Source of the DNA: Octopus vulgaris
Taxonomy: Eukaryota
Direction: 5' to 3'
Length of the DNA stretch: 64,000 nucleotides
Assembly (NCBI GenBank): GCA_951406725.2
Contig: OX597827.1
Span: 57,102,001-57,166,000, forward strand
A model generated the notes under the pieces. That model saw only the letters and a list, made by a program, of their open reading frames with translations. It searched no databases and was not told the DNA's origin. Positions 36,801-52,144 of the stretch are shown here, in pieces (position 1 is the first letter of the stretch; each line of letters opens with the position of its first letter). The position numbers were made by a program, and so were the translations under genes.

Positions 36801-38079
36801 TACACACACAATAGCAATAATCCTCGGATGAAATTTATAAACGTTTAATGCATCACTACGCGCGTTTCCACAATTCACAATTCGTATTCCTGAGATGATT
36901 ATAGCGTAGTCCGTAGTATCTGTGGGCATTCGGTTGATTATCATCATTGATTCATTTCTTGATGTACAACAGAGGGATGCTTATCCTTTTTTACCAGTAT
37001 GACGGTCAAGCGAGTTCTGTGGGTATTTCCCTGTGCTTGATGGGGAAGAGGGGAGGCGATGGAAATAGAGGAAGGAGTGGTAGTTATATGGGTATGGAAG
37101 TGTGTATAGTGGTGTTGGATTTATTTTGCTATTCATTCAGCAGATGTTAAGGATGGGTAGTACATTTTTTCCTTTAATTTCATTAAAGGCCTGATTATCT
37201 TCAATAAATTCTGAACTCATCAGGTCATCGGGTACTGTTAGTATATTTGTCAGTGGGGTTTGTTGACTGAATTGATAAATGCTACCTTCTAATGGTGATC
37301 ATGGACCTTTTCATTGTTTCTGTTGATATAGTGTATAACATCTCAATGGTTTGTTTATTTGTTTGAGTTCCTTCGCTGTTTTATGTTATTTCGTTTTAAA
37401 ATACCTTTTTCAAACTCCAGAAATGATGTTTTGTTTTTATGTTTACATGATATGATGACCTCAGAGTACCTGTTTATCAGGTTTTCCATGGATGCGATTA
37501 TTTCTAGTGTTTTTTCTAGGCATAGGATGCATAACCATGTTGTTCTGTTATATGGGGCAGCACTTTTTTATATTGGACAAGTGGGTCGTATATTCCACTC
37601 CATTCTATTTGCGTCTCCAGACTAAATTCGATAGAGATGTGGAGTGTCTTTCATTTATATTCAAAAATGATGAGAGATGGTTTCACAGACGATTTTTCAG
37701 GGTGTCTCCGGTGCCACTAATGTACACGTACTTCTGCATAGCTGTCTTCACCTCATATTTGTACACTACATTCCTTATCATGCAATTGTTGTTAAACCTG
37801 CATTCCTCTTTACGTTTGAAGTTACACATGATATTAATATTTTGTTTCTCTCCGTGGAGTTATTATTGGTGGTCCTCTTTCTTCTTCCTCCTGAAACCGT
37901 GCACTCATTTTCCATATGCATGGATTATACCTTCAATTGTGTGATGTTTGGGTCCGTTTTTTTTTTGCTATTAATGAGCTTTTATTACCTCTATTTGCCC
38001 CCATTCTATTGCCGCATATAGTGTTATTAGCTGCGGTTGGTTCGTATTTCCCCTGTAGTTTTATTCTATTTAGTTTTTT

Positions 38080-38375
38080 AGACGAATGCTGCCGTTGATT
38101 AGCTATGTGACACACAAAACTGTGTCCATTACAGACAGTCAACAGCGATGCCTGTTGGGTTCGACTACTCCACATCGATAAACGGCAAATACCTTGAAAC
38201 TACTCTGTGGATGTCTGAATCAGCATGGGGAAGCTGATGACTTCTCCTGTTCGAAGGTTGTAATGGAGACAGGTTTGTGTTACATAGCTAGCTAGAGGCG
38301 ATGGCTTCTTGGAGTTAATCAACGGCAGCATTCGTCCTATTTTTCTGGACTGCCATGTTAGCTTGATGATAACTA

Positions 38376-38435
<60 letters not shown>

Positions 38436-38480
38436 AGTTATCGCCAAGCTAGCATGGCAATCCAGAAAAATAGGACGAAT
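38080..38480. repeat. nested inverted repeats around (TA)n
   Basis: ATTCGTCCTATTTTTCTGGA..GATAACTAT-(TA)n-ATAGTTATC..TCCAGAAAAATAGGACGAAT; also GACGAATGCTGCCGTTGATT at 38081 versus its complement at about 38317-38337. Confidence 0.8.
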
Positions 38481-39370
38481 AAATATATATATATACAGAA
38501 ACGGAATTGTAACAAAAAGAGAAATAAAATTTTTATATAGCATTTAAATGTTGAAGGATACTTCTGAAGCAGCCTGTAAGTGCCTTTCAATTTACGAGGA
38601 TAACTCAATTGTCCTCCATATTGGAAGAAATGTCGAAAAATCGATTGGTTAAATGATATAAACTGCAATCATGACATTTGTAATATTTATTAGACGTGTG
38701 TATATTTTATACGTACATCCATTATACGGTTTGTTTTATTTCGTAAACTAGAAGCATTTGGTAAATTTTTGCAATAGACGTTTTTACTAATATGTTACGC
38801 CTGATGAATTTTAATTAAAGAAGAGAATGTTAGCGTGTAGTTCTCTGAGCCAATATATCATGCATGTATGTAACTAGTATGTGAATATATATATGTGAGT
38901 GTATGTATGTGTGTGTATATGTGCGTGTGTGAAAGAGAGACAGAGAGAGAGAGAAAAACTAGGGGATGTCAAAGGCAAAAAGAGTGAGAGGGAGTAAAAC
39001 AAAAAAGAAACCGGCACAAAAATTGGAAGAGATTATAACGCGACAGTGTGTCGGCTTGTGCAGGCGACTGATTGATTGATTTATTTATCGATTAAAGTAA
39101 TGGGGGAGAGGGTAAGGAGGGAAAGAGAATAAGGAAAGAAAAGATTGGTGTGTGTGTGCATGCGCATGTGTATGTGTTTGTGTATGTGTGTGTGTGTTTG
39201 TTTGTGGCTGAGTGACAGATCTATCGAGAAAGAAAGGAAATGTAAAAGAAAGAGAATTGATTTAGTGGCACTTAAACGGAATGGGAGCGAGTGTATACAC
39301 ACACATACACAAAAACATATATGTACAATTATATAAATAATACATGCATACATACATACATATATATATA

Positions 39371-39420
<50 letters not shown>

Positions 39421-39668
39421 TATGTTTGTGCATATATATTCATATATATATACATATATAAATGTATGTATGCATGTATGTGTACATGTATATATTTGTG
39501 TGTGTTTGTGTGTGTGTGTGTGTAAGAAAGGAACCAAGAATATGTATAGAATGTGTGAACTAGAGACACACTATGTAAATTAGAAAGAAATAAAATGCAA
39601 AACAGAGAAAAGAGATCTTAAACAAAAATTGTTTATAGATGAAGCAAGGACGTTTAGCAACACACACG

Positions 39669-39699
<31 letters not shown>

Positions 39700-39945
39700 A
39701 CACTCACTCACACACTCACTCACACACACGCACACTCACTCACACACTCACTCACACACACGCACACACAACGTACACACACACACACACACTCACTCAC
39801 ACACTTGCTCGCTCACTCACTCACACATATACACATATGCATATGTATATAAATACGCATGCGTGTAAATGTATATACATGTTTATGGGTGCATATATAC
39901 ATACATACACACACACACGCACACACACATACACACACACGCACA

Positions 39946-40009
<64 letters not shown>

Positions 40010-40849
40010 CAGACATACATACGTGTATATATATATCTATATATGACTGTTCAGTTATATAAAAATGTAGTCGAACGTTAAATGAATGATCCCTTAATAC
40101 GATTAATCAGACAACCATATTTGTTTAATTTTACTAGGGAATAGGGGACAGTCAGCTTCCTTTCATTAGCCTTTGCCACACTGTAAAGTTTTGTAGGTTT
40201 CTAAGCTTTTAATACATTTTTTGTTTATCTTGTTTGGGCTTCGTAACTCCAAAAAATGTTTTAAACTCTTTTCTTCTTATAATATTCTTGGATATGATCT
40301 TTCAGAGAATATAATTTTTCTTTGAAATGAGCCAGCATAAAAGCCTAATATCTCATACATATGGTTACATATCTGCTTGAACTATCTCATGCAATAAAAC
40401 AAAACCAATATCTAATTTCCTCCACAAAATATAACCATATGTAGCAAATGTTAACTATCTCCTTTGAACAAAGTTCATGGCTTTGTTGAGTATAACTCAA
40501 CCAGAACAATGTTTGCTTATGTGCTTCTTTTATTCCACCATCTTGTACATGTTCACCTTCCTCTTTTGTTTTCCCTCATCTCCTCACCTAACTTTATTCC
40601 GTTTTTATATCTCTCCCCATATCTTATTTCTGCTCAGTAAATTAAACTACTCGTAAGATGCTTCATTATATGGCACAAGAATAAACTATTAAAACACATA
40701 TACAATAAAAACCACTAGGCCACACCCTTACCATGAACCAAACAATATATAATATGCTAGGGAAACCAAACAGAACGAAGACATTTGAACTGAAGCTTAG
40801 AAGCCAGTGTCAAAGTTTTCCCTTCAATACGTACGTACATACATACATA

Positions 40850-40885
<36 letters not shown>

Positions 40886-42105
40886 ATGGATGAATGTCAG
40901 TTCATTACAACTAATTCTAACACATTTTTAATAAATAAATAAATGAGTATATTACATCATAGCAAAAGACCGTTTTCATCAGATGTGTTTCCAACTATAG
41001 AAGTACAATCTATGAGCACAGTAGGAACACACCTAGACTCAATCCGAAGCTGGCCTGGAATGAGAGAACAAACATATGCCTATAATGACCAATAAAAGAG
41101 CTAGAAAGACACTAAATATTTAGTTAGTGGGTAGAGGTAAGTGAAGATTTATAGCCTCCATACCGGTTAGTGAGCATATTGGGGATATCAGGCGGTGGGA
41201 GGGGAATATAAGTTGCAGTTAAATAGTCTGGTTCCTTAATAAAACCTAAAGGTGAAGTATAATTAATTATATATGTATCTGTATGCTATTCACGTTATTA
41301 CACTATGATTAATGGAAAAATGAATTAATACTGAAACGGACCATCGAAAACAAGGCGAACGTATTGCTGGTAGGGTTTTCGCTAGAAAAGTGGTGTTGAA
41401 GCAATTACTGAGATAAAGGTTGGAACGTTTATATTTTAATTATATTTTCTGTATCATTTTCATGCCGTCATTTCTGATGGCACGGGTACACTAGTAATTA
41501 AAATAGTACGGATAAATCTAATAATAAAATTTGGCTAATGATCTCTTTTGCTATGCAAATTAAAAGTAATTTAGTAAAATCTATTTTTACGATTAATAAT
41601 AAACATTTTAATATTAATAACAGATATGAAATAATAAATAATAAAACTATCAATATTGGATATTGTTTAACCCATAACTTAGCTACTATTATATCTTCCA
41701 TAAACAATAACAAAAGTTTTTATGCATTTTTATATGTATAAATATTTGAACGTATATATATTGATATATGGATTCAAAAATCTCTATAAATTTAACTATA
41801 ATTCTATCCGTTTTTATTTTTACTTGCGAATTTATAAACCCTTATTACTTAAATTTTATAAACATATTCACCCTAATATTAATATGATACTTAAATACAA
41901 GGTTAGTTACTATATATTGTTTATCTCTATACTTTTTAATGATTACCCAGAGTATATTGTTATATTTTATATTTATTTCTCTAAACACACTTTCTTTCCC
42001 TCCTTTATAACCTCTATACTGATTTTTCTATAAAACAATACTCAGTTATTCTCCGTACACTTAACACGTAAAAGCATAAAGATGTAATGGTATGTCTTTT
42101 TTCTA

Positions 42106-42185
42106 CCTCCGACGAGACTCAACTTTATAATGATTTAATTATTTTGATTAAAAATTTCAAAGTCTGAATCGAAGCAGCTGTTAGG
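42106..42185 (+). ncRNA. decayed hammerhead ribozyme (Penelope-type)
   Basis: CCT-CCGACGA-GACTC..GAATC-GAAG-CAGCTG-TT-AGG. Confidence 0.55.
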
Positions 42186-42451
42186 GATTATGTCTATTTT
42201 TGTAATTAATAAATATAATTTTTATTATACATGTATACATTTTTAGATTATACGCATATGTATCATATATTCAAATGACTTCGCACAGTTTCCGTTTAGC
42301 TAATTCCACTCACAAGACATTGGTTAATCTGTAGGTATGGTAGAACGTACTAACTACCAATTCAAGTTGACGTTGACGAGAGGCGATCTGAGATGCCACA
42401 AACCTATGGTTGTGACGCAAATATTTTAACCATACATCTGTACTTGTATAC

Positions 42452-42483
<32 letters not shown>

Positions 42484-42510
42484 TGGCAGGTAGGTAGGTT
42501 GGTAGGTAGG

Positions 42511-42546
<36 letters not shown>

Positions 42547-42969
42547 TAGATATTGATAGATAGATATATAGATAGATAGATAGATAGATAGACAGAAAGA
42601 TATGTTGATTCAAAAGAAGATAGGCAAGAAGCAACCACCAGCGTTTTCTTTCAGTTTTCATCCATCATTTTTCACCCCCAGTGCAGTTATCATCCGCCAT
42701 TTTTGTTCATTACCAACAAGACTGTAGTTTGTCTAGTTATGTAACATTTTATCTTTCGAATAACGGTTATGTCCTCATCTTCCCTCTTTTCTTGCTTGCT
42801 TCCTTTCTTACTTCCTCTAATTTATTATTTTACAGTATTGTTATTTTTTGTCTCGCTTATAATCGGTTTTTCTCTTCAATTTTGAATTGATTACGTGACG
42901 TGTCACCGTATTTCCTGGTTTAACTTACGCATTGATGAATCTCCACACTGAAAAGGAAAGACTTATTAC

Positions 42970-43107
<138 letters not shown>

Positions 43108-43402
43108 ATTTTTATTTATTTTGAAAGAAAACTGTTTGCAAACAATTTTCTAAAATGGTTTCTTTATTCGTATCTCTTCCTTTGTTATTCAATCCATGTC
43201 TCCGCAACATCAACGAACCTTCTAGATGTATGAGAACCAGAACTTTTCAATATTCTCTGCATGTCCATAAGAAAATGATTATTCTTTAATATAATACTGA
43301 GCAAAAATGTGAACAGAAAAAGGGTTTTCGTATTTACTTACAAATATTCTATTCCAAAATCACAACTAATAGAAATATAATGCTGGAATTGTAATTCCTA
43401 AA

Positions 43403-43516
<114 letters not shown>

Positions 43517-43695
43517 GTGTGTGTATGTGTATGTTTATGTGTGTGTGTATTTATGTGTGTACCTCAGGTTGACTCAAACATTTCTTTCGGATTTTCAATG
43601 ATGGCTTTGGCAACTTGTATCTCCATTTTGTAACGTTGATTTGATACATGTTCAATCGTTACTGATTTGTTTAGCTTTTATTTACATGTATAACA

Positions 43696-44160
43696 TTGTC
43701 TATTCTTAATTTTGGGGCTATAATAATGAGTGCAGAACAAATTGCAATTAGAGCCATTTTACGTTACCTGTGGAAAAATGAACAGAATGAAAGGACAGCG
43801 GCAAAAGAAATTAGTGATGTGGGAGGCCCTGGAACTGTTAACAAACATGTGGCACAAAACTGGCTCAAACATTTTAAGAAAGGTGACACTAGCCTCGAAG
43901 ATAAACCAAGCTCAGGAAGACCTGTTATGGTAGATGAGGTCTTGCTTCAAATTGTTGAACAAAAGCCAAGCACAAGCACTCGTACATTGTCAGCAGAACT
44001 TGGTCCTTCACAAAGTACCATCAATCGACACATCCATAACCTCACTGTCGAGAAGCTCCTCTTGGACTGACCGATATCCAGGCTCAACGATGTGTGAATA
44101 TTTGCAAACATCTTCTGGCAAATTCTCGAGATGACTGTTTTTGTCGTCAAGTTGTCACTG
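43696..44160 (+). mobile_element. mariner transposase N-terminal relic
   Basis: IRAILRYLW..AAKEI..WLKHFKKGDTSLEDKPSSGRP HTH motif. Confidence 0.85.
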
Positions 44161-44210
44161 GGTATTCACAGGTCACTCTATCTTTGTTCGTAACACTTTC
44201 GTATAATATA

Positions 44211-44655
44211 TTGAGTCATCCCATAAATAATGCGGTTTTTTTTTCAATTGCATGAACTAAAAGTTGGAAGGAGACGGGATAAAAACAGGTAGTGATTTTA
44301 TCTTGTCCTTATTCTTAGTGTAAGTTTTGAAGAATGCAGTTCGATTTTAACAGTTATTTTTTTCAAAGCTATAACGGAAGTGACAAAGGAGCATATTCGG
44401 CATATTTTGCTTAATGAGTTCAATAAGGCAATAATGCAACGGAAAGTGCGAGGAATATTAATGCATTACATGGAGATCGGACAATAAGCATAAACCAGTG
44501 TCAACAGTGGTTTCAGAAATTTAGAACCGGAAACTACAATCTAGAAGACGAGCCTCGTCCTGGAAGATCTGCAGAGATCGACGAGGACGCCCTGGAAACA
44601 TTGATAGAACGAAATCCCACCGTAAATGTTGAGGAACTAGCAGAGAAATTATAGG
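44211..44655 (+). mobile_element. second mariner relic (5' TIR + HTH)
   Basis: TA-TTGAGTCATCCCATAAATAATGCGG end; EHIRHILLNEF, QWFQKFRTGNYNLEDEPRPGR. Confidence 0.85.
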
Positions 44656-45413
44656 TTACATTGGTATCTCTAGCGGTTGCAAGCCCTAACAAGTAGCCAT
44701 TGGCTATTTTTGTAGCAGAAACGATAATGGATTTAATATATATATAAAAAAAAAAAAGCAAAAAGAAAGCAGAATTACTGAAAGACTATTTTCTAGTAAT
44801 ATTCCCTTCCAAATATCAGATCAGAAACGGCCTTTCCATTTTCATGTGAAAGCATAAAAATTATTGCTTAGGTGTTCGTGAATCTCTCAAAGATAACAAC
44901 TAAGGCAGCAGACACTTTTACACAGTGCAGAAATTTCAGAAACAATGAGAGGCAAACGAAGTCGAAAGCTTTCTTATAATCAAACCATACTGTCCCAAAG
45001 TTTTGTGTGTTGTTTTCTTATTTTGGACAGCACTGCTTTGTTCATCAAAAGTTGTTTTGTACATCACCATACTCTCTCCTTTTCACTGCCTATTCATCAG
45101 TCATAATGTTGTTGGGCTGTATACTGCATTATATATTGCGAGTAAATGATTATATATTTACACACACAAATATGGTGTATGTATATATGTATGTGCGTTT
45201 ATACACACACACACGTGAAAATATATATGAATGTATATATTGTATTTTGAAATAATAGTATGAAATTCAATATCAAAAAAGTGTCTCACGAAGATATATT
45301 TGTCTTAAGCTTTATTGCATTAAAATATATATATAAATATATGAAACATGACAGCTTAAAACTTTGTTCATTAATGCATCATGGATGACCAAGATTAATT
45401 TAACAAGGATATA

Positions 45414-45748
45414 AAAGACCCCCTTCGGTCATGAATGACCATGGGATTGCACCTAGAAAGTTACCCTCCTAGACACAAGTCCGGGCAAGGTTGTTTATGG
45501 AAGGCCAGCAGTCGCCCATGCATACCAGCCTCCCCTCTCCACACCACCAGTGTTATTCAAGGGAAAGACAAAGGTCGATACAGCTGGGCACCATTGACGT
45601 CGCAACTCATTTCTACAGCTGAGTGAACTGGAGCAACGTGAAATAAAGTGCCTTGCTCGAGAACACAACACGCAGCCCGGTCCGGGATTCGACCTCACAA
45701 CCTCACGATCGTAAGCTCGACGCTCTAACCACTGAGCCATGCGCCTTC
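45414..45748 (-). mobile_element. tRNA-derived SINE family E, full length
   Basis: A-box TGGCTCAGTGG, B-box GGTCGAATCC, CORE-like GAGCAAGGCACTTTA..CTCAGCTGTAGAAATGAG; copy at 62495-62800. Confidence 0.85.
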
Positions 45749-45751
45749 ACA

Positions 45752-46106
<355 letters not shown>

Positions 46107-46156
46107 CACCCCACCACCGTACATGTCTCTACGAGAGATTTAGAAATTCAATATTT

Positions 46157-46196
<40 letters not shown>

Positions 46197-46284
46197 AACT
46201 CGAAATTTTCTTATCAAAGTCTATCTGCATAAATCAAAACCAGTCATGGATTACTACGAACTTACCAAGGATGAAAATACAAAC

Positions 46285-46800
46285 TTTAAATTTTATTACC
46301 AAAGTCGACCAGCATAAATCTAAACCAATGAATTAAATGGTCCTGGTTCATATCAGACATTACATTGAATATGGCGGCCTTCAAAGAATCCTTGGTGTTA
46401 TGGGGACGTTGATTGACCCCTCTCTCAGCAACACTCCACACATAGTAGTTTAATGGATTGGGTGAGTTTGGAGACCAAATGTTTGGGGTTAAGTGGTTAT
46501 GAAAATTGTCAGCCACCCATTCTTGGATTGCTTGAGCCTTACTTGATGGCGTAGAGTCCTTTATTTATCCATGGCTTGACAACTGTTTCCAAGACCATAA
46601 TGTAACCAGTAGTGTTAACTCTAGGGCCTTGTGGAAAGAAGTGAGGAGGCATCACATGTACTTCATTACTGACAACTTCAAAAGCTATGACAGTTGCAGG
46701 AAATTTTATGTGCATGACTGCTGGTACTTCAGAAGGGTCTGAACACGAACATCTACCATTGTTTCTGTTAATATTCTGGTCCTGATCAAAGTTTTTCTCT
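46285..46800 (-). mobile_element. Tc1/mariner-superfamily transposase relic (catalytic C-terminal part)
   Basis: WSPNSPNPLNYYVWSVAE..NQRPHNTKDSLKAAI; same family as 53885-54410. Confidence 0.8.
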
Positions 46801-47085
46801 TTTGCCGAAGCGTTGAATTATGGAGACGTAAACAAACCAACATCGGTAGGGAAGAGCAAACATAAATACAAACAAACGCAATACATACACATATATTTAC
46901 ACGCTAATCCACACGCGCATGGACGGGCTTCCACACAGTTTTCGTCAACCAAATCTACTCACAAATCATTGATCGGCTCTTGGCTATAGCAGGAGACACT
47001 TGTCCAACGTGCCGCGCAATGAGGCTGAACCCGAAACCATGCGGTTGCCAAGCGAACTTCTTAACCCCACAACCATGCCTGTACC
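46800..47085 (-). mobile_element. SINE family A, diverged
   Basis: GACGGGCTTC..CAGTTTTCGTCAACCAAATCTACTCACAA..GACACTTGTCCAA. Confidence 0.7.
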
Positions 47086-48112
47086 CATATATCCTATTTA
47101 ACTAATCCGAACAAAAGTACCTTGAGAGCCAGAGTAAAAGACTTTTTAATTGTAGGCTACAATAAACAGTAGATCCAAGAATGTTGGCCATCATTGTTTC
47201 TGCAAGGGAAAATCGAAAAGAAAAAAAAAATGGAAAAAGAAGAAACAGGTTTCATTATCAAAAACATCTGATTTAACAATGTGTTTTTGGTGCTGCCACA
47301 TCGATAGTTCTATGCAATAAATCATTTGGAAAAAACAAAACGAATTTGAAAACAAAAAAAAAATGTCGTTTGAAATATTTCGCTAATAATGATGAATGAA
47401 CAAATACTCTAAATAATTATATTTGCGAATATTAGTTATCTACAACGTACAAATTACATTTCTCTGTGTTTCAAACATGTCAATAAACTTACAGATGAGA
47501 GGAATGTATGAATTTTTTATAAAGTTATAACAACAAAAGTCCCAACGATGAAAGATAAATTTAATAATTGAAAATATAATGCAAGTGATCCAATAGGCAG
47601 GTATGAAAAAAGGTCTCTGCATAGATATGCTTTAGCTTCATTGCTAATGAGAAAGAAGAAAGGTGAATGCGCTGATTCTTACCTGATGAAATAAATGGGA
47701 GCTGAACGAAAGTATAGGTGTACGCTTCTTGAACCCGTAAATGAATTTTGGGGAAATTTTGGTTGAACGAAACCAAAATTTTTTTATGGCCACTTAGGAA
47801 ACTGCGGGATCTTCCCATAATGATAGTTACTTGAGATTATTTATTTGACCGTCTATGGACCACAAGAGACATACTCCATAAAGTCAGAAACAGCATACGA
47901 GTTTATTAATCTGATCAGCATTAGCATCTTGTATTACAGCATATACAGTATATATGCGACCAAGGTGTACAGATACTATTCCATTTGAATTGAGCATCCT
48001 CCCGGTATGTGTGTCAAGAGGATTTATTTACATGCATTTTACTCTTTATGGAACATATGCTAAACGACTTCTCTAAGGTGTGTATTATTTTGTTAAGGAA
48101 GACTGTATTATT

Positions 48113-48989
48113 GCATTGACGAAAACTATCACTCAAATCGAAATTAAGAATTTACTGGCATTATGAGTAGCAACCAAAACGTTTTCCAAACACTGATTAA
48201 ATCAGTTTTTCTCAATTCTTTTTTTTCTTTAGTCCCAAACCCTCATATGCATTATTTTACACGATGTTCCATCTATTCACCTTGCTGTGAAAGGTTGATA
48301 TAAAGGTTCTCTTGCTTTTCCCCCCATCTTGTTTTCGTGTTTCTTTCTTCCTTTTTTTTTCTCTGCTACTATCCTTGTTGTGATCCGCTTGACAGATGAT
48401 ATTAGGTTGTCCAAAAAGTTCGTAAACACTTGCGAAAATTGAATTTTTACTCGCCAAGTACTAACAAAAACAACAAAAATTATTCCTCAAAATAAAGACC
48501 ATTATTTTCCAAGACTTTCTACGAACTTTTGGGACAACCTTATAGTATGAGGTCATCAGTAATTGTTGTCTCTGTAATTTCGGGGAAGGAGGTAAATTGA
48601 TTACATCGACCCCAAGGCTCACTTATTTTATCGACCCCGAAAGAATGAAAGGTAAAGTCGACCTCGGCGGAATTCACACCATTATATATTAACATTTGAT
48701 TCAGTAACAAGTCTCCAAGTTCACAATTATTTGCTAATTCAGTTTATTATATTATGATTTGTTATTCTATGTATGCATGTATGTATGTATGTATGTATGT
48801 ATGCATGTATGTATGTATGTATGTATGTATGTATGTATGTATGTATGTATGTATGTATGTATGTATGTATGTATGTATGTATGTATGTATGTATGTATGT
48901 ATGTATGTATGCATGCATGTATGTATGTATGTATGTATGTATGTATGTATGTATGAATGTCTGTATGAATATGTGTGTATGTATGTATG

Positions 48990-49039
<50 letters not shown>

Positions 49040-49439
49040 TTATCTATCTATCAGTCTCCCTATTTAGCTTTCTGTCTGCCTGTCGGTCTATCTTTTTATT
49101 TGTATATCTCGCCGTCTATCTGTTTGTCTGTCCGTCCATTTGTCTATCTCTCTGTTTCACTACCTATCAATATATATATATATACCTATTTAATATACCT
49201 ATATCTCTTTCTAAGACTATATGTTTCAATATAAAAAAACCTAAACCCAAAAAACAACTATTTTCTGTTATGTTTGTTTTGCTTGTACATTTTCTCACAT
49301 TTCTGTCAACCATTTATAATTGCACCGAGTGAATACATATCGTGTAAGCAAGTTACTTGTGAAACACCAACACATTTACGTATATGTGTGTGTATGCACG
49401 CGACGCGTGCGCGTTTATATGTGTACGCGTATTCATACA

Positions 49440-49487
<48 letters not shown>

Positions 49488-50654
49488 CATACATACATAC
49501 ATACATACATACACACACAGAAATACATATATACATACATTCATATACACACACGAAAACGCCTCCGGCAATCATAAAAACCGGAACAGCTGCTGAAGTC
49601 TTGATAGGTTTTTAAATGTTGTAGTCACTACTGGAGCAGGATTTCGCAAAGAGATAAATCTAATTAGTTTAGTCGTGAGAATCTTTAAAAATTTACAAAA
49701 TTTCTCTTTTGTTTCTATTCCTTTACTTTCAGATATTGTATCATTCAACACAGTTTTCTTACTTTCTTCTGATCTCAGATTTGCGAACTAATTTTGTTTT
49801 CTTTTTTCCCGTTAAGGTTCGCTGTTACTTTTTTAAAATAAAATTTTATGTAATAAGATAATAGAAGGCCTAAATTTTTGATTATAAAAACTAATCATTT
49901 GTCACCTTCGGGGAATAAAAAAAATATTTTCATTTCGTGATGATTATCATACCTGTAGGATTAGCCGAAAAAAATGCTGTCAATAACAAATTAGAGTTCC
50001 ATTAATTAGGATGTCCATTTATTAGATTAATTCGTCAAAACGAAAAGGTTCGCATCATTCCCAGTCCGGTAGACAAAAAAAAAAAAAAGAGAAAGATTAA
50101 AAAATCACACTTTGGTGATTGGAGGAAGGGCAGTGTTCCTTTGTTGATGGTTTTCTCTACAATAGATGGAAGAACTGTATTTTGATATTCCATTAAAAAA
50201 AAAAAGACCAGAAATTTTTATTAGAACGTGTACGCAACACCCTTAGTTATGGAGAATTTTCAAGAAAATAAAATATGTGACAGGGGTGCCCTGGGGTCGA
50301 TGTAATCAATTTGCCTCCTCCCCCGAAATTACAGAGACAACAATTACTGATGACCTCATACTATCATCTATCAAGCGGATCACAGCAAGGATAGTAGCAG
50401 AGAAAAAGAAAAAGAAAGAAAGAAACACGAAAACAAGAGGGGGGAAAAAGCAAGAGAACCTTTATATCAACCTTTCACAGTAAGGTGAATAGATGGAACA
50501 TCGTGTAAAATAATGTATATGAGGGTTTGGGACCAAAGAAAAGAAAAAGGATTGAGAAACACTGATTTAGTCAGTGTTTGGAACACATTTTGGTTGCTAC
50601 TCCTAATGCCAGTAAATTCTTAATTCCGATTTCAGTGATGGTTTTCGTCAATGT
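48113..50654. repeat. ~370-bp diverged inverted duplication (48113-48614 / 50291-50654)
   Basis: Arms align as reverse complements apart from the MITE in the left arm. Confidence 0.9.
48402..48542. mobile_element. 141-bp mariner-type MITE
   Basis: TIRs TTAGGTTGTCCAAAAAGTTCGTA / TACGAACTTTTGGGACAACCTTA, TA on both sides; empty site present in the duplicate arm. Confidence 0.92.
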
Positions 50655-50887
50655 AATGGGACAGCATGGCATGATTATTCCTTTTAAGAGAAAATAATTC
50701 CATGCATCTGTTGCAGCGTGGAAGAAACAAGTTAGCCATATCCAGAAACGCACAGACTTCATTTAAACATTTATTATCTGTAAAATGGTGTTAAAATTTT
50801 CTTCGCTCGAAACTGCGGCCTGGTCTCTGACAAAATGGGTTCTGTATCTTACAAACCGAATTTAACTATCTTTCTGTGTTTCTTAAA

Positions 50888-51119
50888 CTCTTTTACTCTT
50901 TTACTTGTTTCAGTCATTTGACTGTGGCCATGCTGGAGCACCGCCTTTAGTCGAGCAATTCGATCCCAGGAGTTATTCTTTATAAACCTAGTACTTATTC
51001 TATCGGTCTCTTTTGCCGAACCGCTAAGTTACGGTAACGTAAACACACCAGCATCGGTTTTCAAGCGATGTTGGGGGGCAACCACAGATGCACAAGCACA
51101 CACACACACACACATACAG

Positions 51120-51155
<36 letters not shown>

Positions 51156-51327
51156 ATACATATAAGCGACGGGATTCTTTCAGTTTCCGTCTACCAAATC
51201 CACTCACAAGGCTTTGGTCGACCAGAGGCTATAGTAAAAGACACTTGCCCAAGGTGCCACCTAGTGGGACTGAACCCAGAACTATATGGTTGGTAAACAA
51301 GCTACTTACCACACAGCCACACATACG
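50888..51327 (-). mobile_element. SINE family A, full length
   Basis: Reverse complement of 80-523. Confidence 0.85.
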
Positions 51328-51696
51328 CCTAAATTTAATAAACGAACTGACGAGGATGAGATTGTTTTGTTTTTTTTTTTCAAACTGCTTTTATCTTAGT
51401 TTCAAAGCATGATCTCAGACTAAAAGACCACGCCACGAAATCATCATAATTCTTTGAAGTCTGCAATGAAAGTTACTACAGTCTTTTGCAAAAATATATA
51501 TTCCCTTAAGAAATTAAGATTTTCCTCCTCTATCTCTCAATCATAAATAATTGAGAAGATGAAAATACATTTTTTTTCTAATGATGCCACATGGTCAGCA
51601 ATTTTGACGGGAGGTGTAAGTCGATTAGTTCGACATCAGTGCTTTACTTCATCGACCCCAGAAAGATGACGGGGAAAGTCGGCAGAATTAGAACTC

Positions 51697-51742
<46 letters not shown>

Positions 51743-51744
<2 letters not shown>

Positions 51745-52144
51745 GCCCTGCTGCAGTATCAGGCAGTGGCTCTCGTGGCTTCTGATCTTAACTGATTGGA
51801 AGTGTTATCATGTACATTGTTTTGTCTGGTATAAAAGATGGGCTACAGCAAATATTCTGCTCAATACCACAGATTTGCTTGTCAGTTGTTTGGCCTTAAC
51901 CAGTTGAGCTTGTCCCTAGGTGGCTGACGATATGTGCATCTCTGATCATGAGCAGAAGTAGTGGGGTAGCATCATAGCCGTGTTTTGAAAGGAATTCTTG
52001 GAGGTTTAGATAATTCACCTCTGAAAACATGGGTGGTTCGTTCAACATCCTTAAACAACCCTTATTCAGGGGCCTTTTTAGCGGGATGGGCTTCATATAT
52101 TTTACCCCAGCGTCAATTTGATGGCATGCACTGCTCTCTCACTC

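Noticed and set aside
38234-38290. CTGATGA as a hammerhead core
   Set aside because: No downstream GAAA or NUH site with stem I closure
41498-42033. AT-rich ORFs suggesting a mitochondrial insertion
   Set aside because: No mitochondrial protein motifs seen; the adjacent hammerhead relic points to a decayed retroelement
47660-47725. CTGATGA..GAAA hammerhead, or a minus-strand exon ending at CAG|GTAAG
   Set aside because: Stems I and II do not pair; a lone donor site with no recognisable peptide is not enough to call an exon
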